DNA of 64,000 nt, from assembly GCA_963715865.1 (NCBI GenBank), contig OY970280.1, forward strand, positions 608,001-672,000, written 5' to 3'. A model generated the notes under the pieces. The model worked only from the letters and a program-made list of their open reading frames with translations. It had not been told where the DNA came from and ran no database searches. A program made the position numbers and the translations under genes. Source of the DNA: Candidatus Bathyarchaeota archaeon (GTDB lineage: Archaea; Thermoproteota; Bathyarchaeia; Bathyarchaeales; Bathycorpusculaceae). Of the stretch, positions 60,282 through 64,000 are shown piece after piece; position 1 is the stretch's first letter, and each line of letters starts with the position of its first letter.

Positions 60282-60614
60282 CTAATTTTCTTCCCCGCCT
60301 TTTTCTGATTCCTTAGTCTCTTTGCCCTCAGAATCTGCAGTGGCATTTTGTTCACCTTCGGCACTTTCGCCCGCACCCGCATTTTCGTCTTTTCTCTTTT
60401 CCTCGTCTTCGTCCTCTTTCTCTTCGTCCTCATCTTTCTCTTTGCCCGATTCTTCGTCCTCTTTGTCATCTGATTTCTTGGGTTGCTGCTGGGGCTGTTT
60501 TTGCTGTTTTTGCTGTGAAGGCTGTGGTTGTGCTGTTTCATCACTGCCTTTCGGCTTTATTTCAGTCACTTTTGGGGGCTCTTCTTTCGATTCGTTTGGT
60601 GGGTACGAAAGCAT
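60282..60614 (-). CDS. Low-complexity E/K/Q-rich protein
   Basis: Acidic disordered composition. Confidence 0.55.
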   Translation of the reverse strand: MLSYPPNESKEEPPKVTEIKPKGSDETAQPQPSQQKQQKQPQQQPKKSDDKEDEESGKEKDEDEEKEDEDEEKRKDENAGAGESAEGEQNATADSEGKETKESEKGGEEN

Positions 60615-60735
60615 GTACCGCTGGGATGCGCTTAATTATTTAAGCGAATCCGAGTAGTTGATTTAGGAAAGTTTTAAATTAGTTGGGTGCCAATCTTACT
60701 GTGTAAGATATTTAAGTCTTACTGGATGGGAAAAC

Positions 60736-61197
60736 ATGACCTTAAGCTTGGGATACTTGACTGCTAAACAAAAAATGATCTGGGACCTAAAAAGCAGAGG
60801 ACAACAAGAAGCCAGCATCGCAAGAAAACTCAACGTCACCCGCCAAACAATTCACAGTGTCCTCGACACCGCCAACCTCAAAATCGGCGAAGCCCTACAA
60901 GAAGTAGCAGAAATCAACAAAATCGAAGTCGAAACCCTCGACCCAAACAGAGGATTCCTCAAAGGATACAGCAACCACTTCAAAACCCAAGCCTTCGTCA
61001 CCTTCTCAGCCAAAAACGGCATCCAACTCTGGTACAAACACGAAGGCGACTGCGAAAAATGCCAAAAACTCCAAACCTGCCGAGAAACCCTGCTCTCCGA
61101 GGCAAAAGACCGCAACTTCCTACTGTTAGATGATACGAGCAAGATTTTGCCATCCAAATTAGCAGAAGCCCTATTCACAAAAATCACCGGTGAATAA
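60736..61197 (+). CDS. HTH regulator with C-terminal CxxC..C motif
   Basis: LT.KQ..IW; IARKLNVTRQTI; CEKC...TC. Confidence 0.75.
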   Translation: MTLSLGYLTAKQKMIWDLKSRGQQEASIARKLNVTRQTIHSVLDTANLKIGEALQEVAEINKIEVETLDPNRGFLKGYSNHFKTQAFVTFSAKNGIQLWYKHEGDCEKCQKLQTCRETLLSEAKDRNFLLLDDTSKILPSKLAEALFTKITGE

Positions 61198-61199
61198 AA

Positions 61200-63473
61200 A
61201 TGGGTATGCGTAAAAGATTTAGGGATTTTAGAGATTGGTGTCCCCAGCCGCCAGATCGTCTGCCTACAAAACTGAAACATTATTCTGCTCCAATTGCCGT
61301 TGTTCTCTCTGTCACGCTTTTCTTGGTTTCATTCTCTGTGTTTTTCTCAAGCTACGTTTTCCATCCTTCTATGCCACAAGTACCCCTGCCAATAGTTAAC
61401 GTAATATCTTCATCGACTGAGCCTCCAGCGTTGAACTGGGTCTCGACGTTTGGAACGGGTCTTAGCGATTCAGCTTCAAAAGTGATTCAAACCAGCGACG
61501 GCGGATACGCAGTGATAGGTACATTAGGAAACGGCTATGCACCGAGCACCGCGATGCTTGTCAAGACCGATTCCTCTGGAAAAATGCTTTGGAACCAAAC
61601 CTACGATTACTTATACAGTGGCATTGCTGTGGTGCAAACAAGCGATGGAGGATACACTATAGCGGGTAATGGCAACGATGGCGGCTTCATGCTTGTCAAA
61701 ACTGATTCAAAGGGCAATGCAATATGGAACCAAACTTACACGGTTTCTTACCAAGGAAACAAAGGTGGAGACGCCTTAACTATGACTCAGACTAGCGATG
61801 GCGGCTACGTTATAGCTGGCGCTTGCACGCCATATCTTTTAGGTGAAGGGTCAAATAACGCGTTTGTTCTCAAGACGGATTCGTCGGGGAAGATGCAGTG
61901 GAGCAAGACCTATGGAGGGTCAGGAATCGACTTTTTCCGTTCAGTGGTTCAAGTCAGTAATGGAGACTATGTTTTGGCAGGTTGCACAACCTCATTTGGG
62001 GCAGGAGGTTTTGATGCTTGGCTAGTAGAACTTAACTCATCTGGTAATCAACTCTGGAGCAAAACGTATGGAGCAGGACCCACGTCCAATCCAACACAAC
62101 CACAAACGGGAACAGTGGGCGATGATGAGGCAAACTCGGTAGTGAAAACGAGCGATGGATTCGCTTTAGCGGGATATACCTATTCCTTTGGTTTAGTCGG
62201 CGCTAAAAACGCTTGGCTTATAAAAACCGACGCTTCAGGCATCATGCAATGGAACAAAACATACGGTGGGCAAGAGCAATCTGCGGCAAATTCACTTATT
62301 AAAACAAGTGATGATGGATTGGCGTTTGCTGGTTCAACGTTAGTTAATACAAACTGGGGTCTTATTGATGATATGTGGCTTGTTAAAACTGATTCATTTG
62401 GAAATAAGCAGTGGAACCAAACCTTTGGCGGAATGACGGCTACTCCAGACACTGACATTGCGAATTCGCTTATCCAGACAAGCGATGGCAGCTTCGTTCT
62501 TGCAGGGTCAACAAACCCAGGAAGCACAAGCCATGGCGGATACTACTATGTAGTGAAAACAATGTCAGTTGAACCAAGTCCGCTTCCCACACCACAGACA
62601 GCTGGCAATGCAGTAATCAATACTGACGGTTCAGTAACGGGCACCAATGTTATTGAGCAAATCGGTAGTACCTACGTTTTAACCGCTAACATTCCCAACG
62701 GTATCGATGTCCAGAAAAGCAACATCATAATAGACGGAGCAGGCTACACGCTTGACGGAAACGGCACTGGAGGAATAGACTTAACAAACGGGGTAGGACA
62801 AGACCCAACAAGGTCAACAATTAGCAACGTAACAATCGAGAACTTGCATATTCTAAATTGTGGCAACGGAATAACTACTAATGGCGGTGGCAACGATACT
62901 TTCTACGACGATTACATATCAAATTGTACTTGGGACGCATGTATCATGCTAATAGGCGACTGTGATTACAATAACATTACGTTTTGCACCCTTAACGGTT
63001 CAAATGGCACAGAAGCAATAGGAATGGTTTATGGAGCGAATTATAATGGTACAATAACAGAAAATAACATCATGGGTGGCGTTATGCTATGGTTAAGTGT
63101 GGGCGGAAACGTTGACAGAAACTATTGGAGCGACTACTTAACAAGGTATCCAAACGCTACAGAGGTCGGTTCTTCAGGAATAGGAAACACACCATATGTA
63201 TATGCAACAGGTTATCAAGATAGTCATCCGCTAATGAAACCCGTCGCAATTCCGTTAAAAGGCTCAAGCCCTGAGTCTATACCTACGTCGTCTTCTTCAT
63301 CTGCGTCGTTTAACACTTTGTTCATTATAATTGGGGTGGTAGTTGCATTTGTTATTGTTGCCGCAGTGGTTTTCTTAATGTTTCAAAAGAGACTGAAAAC
63401 TAAAACGAAAAATCCACCAACTACACCGCAGAACTCTACCTCAGTTTCCTCTGTTCAAATATTCCAAAGATAG
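61200..63473 (+). CDS. Two-TM surface protein: WCP cytoplasmic motif, 7-blade beta-propeller, NosD-like beta-helix
   Basis: Seven TSDGG.V.AG...LVKTD..G..W..TY repeats; NYWSDY..YP, DSHPLM; C-terminal TM and KR. Confidence 0.8.
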   Translation: MGMRKRFRDFRDWCPQPPDRLPTKLKHYSAPIAVVLSVTLFLVSFSVFFSSYVFHPSMPQVPLPIVNVISSSTEPPALNWVSTFGTGLSDSASKVIQTSDGGYAVIGTLGNGYAPSTAMLVKTDSSGKMLWNQTYDYLYSGIAVVQTSDGGYTIAGNGNDGGFMLVKTDSKGNAIWNQTYTVSYQGNKGGDALTMTQTSDGGYVIAGACTPYLLGEGSNNAFVLKTDSSGKMQWSKTYGGSGIDFFRSVVQVSNGDYVLAGCTTSFGAGGFDAWLVELNSSGNQLWSKTYGAGPTSNPTQPQTGTVGDDEANSVVKTSDGFALAGYTYSFGLVGAKNAWLIKTDASGIMQWNKTYGGQEQSAANSLIKTSDDGLAFAGSTLVNTNWGLIDDMWLVKTDSFGNKQWNQTFGGMTATPDTDIANSLIQTSDGSFVLAGSTNPGSTSHGGYYYVVKTMSVEPSPLPTPQTAGNAVINTDGSVTGTNVIEQIGSTYVLTANIPNGIDVQKSNIIIDGAGYTLDGNGTGGIDLTNGVGQDPTRSTISNVTIENLHILNCGNGITTNGGGNDTFYDDYISNCTWDACIMLIGDCDYNNITFCTLNGSNGTEAIGMVYGANYNGTITENNIMGGVMLWLSVGGNVDRNYWSDYLTRYPNATEVGSSGIGNTPYVYATGYQDSHPLMKPVAIPLKGSSPESIPTSSSSSASFNTLFIIIGVVVAFVIVAAVVFLMFQKRLKTKTKNPPTTPQNSTSVSSVQIFQR

Positions 63474-63630
63474 TTTTTGCACTTAGGAATCAAGATTGTA
63501 GCAGCTGGTACTGGAGCAACCTCGAAAGCGCGGTTGAACGTATGATAAAAAACAATAAAAAGAAAAAACGCAACTTAAACGATGATACAAATCAGTCAAC
63601 AAGCATCTTGCAGACAAGGATTTTGAAAGA

Positions 63631-63987
63631 TTGAAATGGAGAATCGGCTGGGCGCTTTCGGAACTGGATGAGCTTAGCAGGAAGCTGCTTGAGGACGGCT
63701 TGGATACGGTTGCCCGCTTTATCAGGAACTCAGCTAACTACATGGTTACGTTTGCGAAGCTAGCTGTGAAAGAGGTTTGCATTCCCATCACGAATAATCT
63801 CGTTGAGCGTTTGATGGGTGAGATAGCTAAGCGCATTAAGCATAAGTGGATGCATTGGAGCACGAGGGGGCTGGAGAATCTGCTGAACATTCTTTTGGCG
63901 AGATACTGCAGTAGACGCGTCTACGATGAAATGAAAGAAAGATACTTAAGCCCAAACACCACACAAATCCAAATAGCGATAACGTAG
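63631..63987 (+). mobile_element. ISH6-like transposase C-terminal remnant
   Basis: TNNLVERLMGEIAKR.K..WM.WS..GL. Confidence 0.6.
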
Positions 63988-64000
63988 GAAAGCTAGCCGA

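Noticed and set aside
60248-60657. Overlapping ORFs 60248-60544 and 60322-60657
   Set aside because: Alternative-frame and antisense shadows of the low-complexity gene
61470-62560. Recurrent AGCGATGG and TGGAACCAAAC DNA repeats
   Set aside because: Explained by beta-propeller protein repeats

Overview
Archaeal chromosome segment, most consistent with Bathyarchaeia. This is inferred from egsA, three tRNAs with BHB introns, frequent TTG/GTG starts and many HTH and membrane hypothetical genes. Order from left to right: (1) housekeeping and osmotic genes (DUF1015, aquaporin, DEAD-box helicase, mscL, egsA, FKBP); (2) a multidomain exosortase beside a frameshifted PEF-CTERM-like substrate; (3) a mini-island (RNase H-fold ORF plus IS6 transposase) before tRNA-Ser; (4) tRNA-Glu, a Lon-like protease, a coupled Dph6 and GATase pair, frameshifted serA, glyA and mscS; (5) a TrmB-led ion/pH module (ClC, P3A H+-ATPase, CPA1); (6) a ~17 kb surface glycosylation cluster with HTH regulators, a DesII-like radical SAM enzyme, DegT aminotransferases and glycosyltransferases; (7) a decayed mobile-element relic with twin 28-bp palindromes; (8) an HTH gene coupled to a beta-propeller/beta-helix membrane protein; (9) a transposase remnant. 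The most striking item is a tRNA-Arg(CCU) that is complete only if a 30-nt intron in a full BHB motif is spliced out between nucleotides 9 and 10; its 5' exon overlaps the end of a protein-coding ORF. Family calls come from motif recognition only; no database searches were run. Several single-base frameshifts mean assembly error cannot be excluded.
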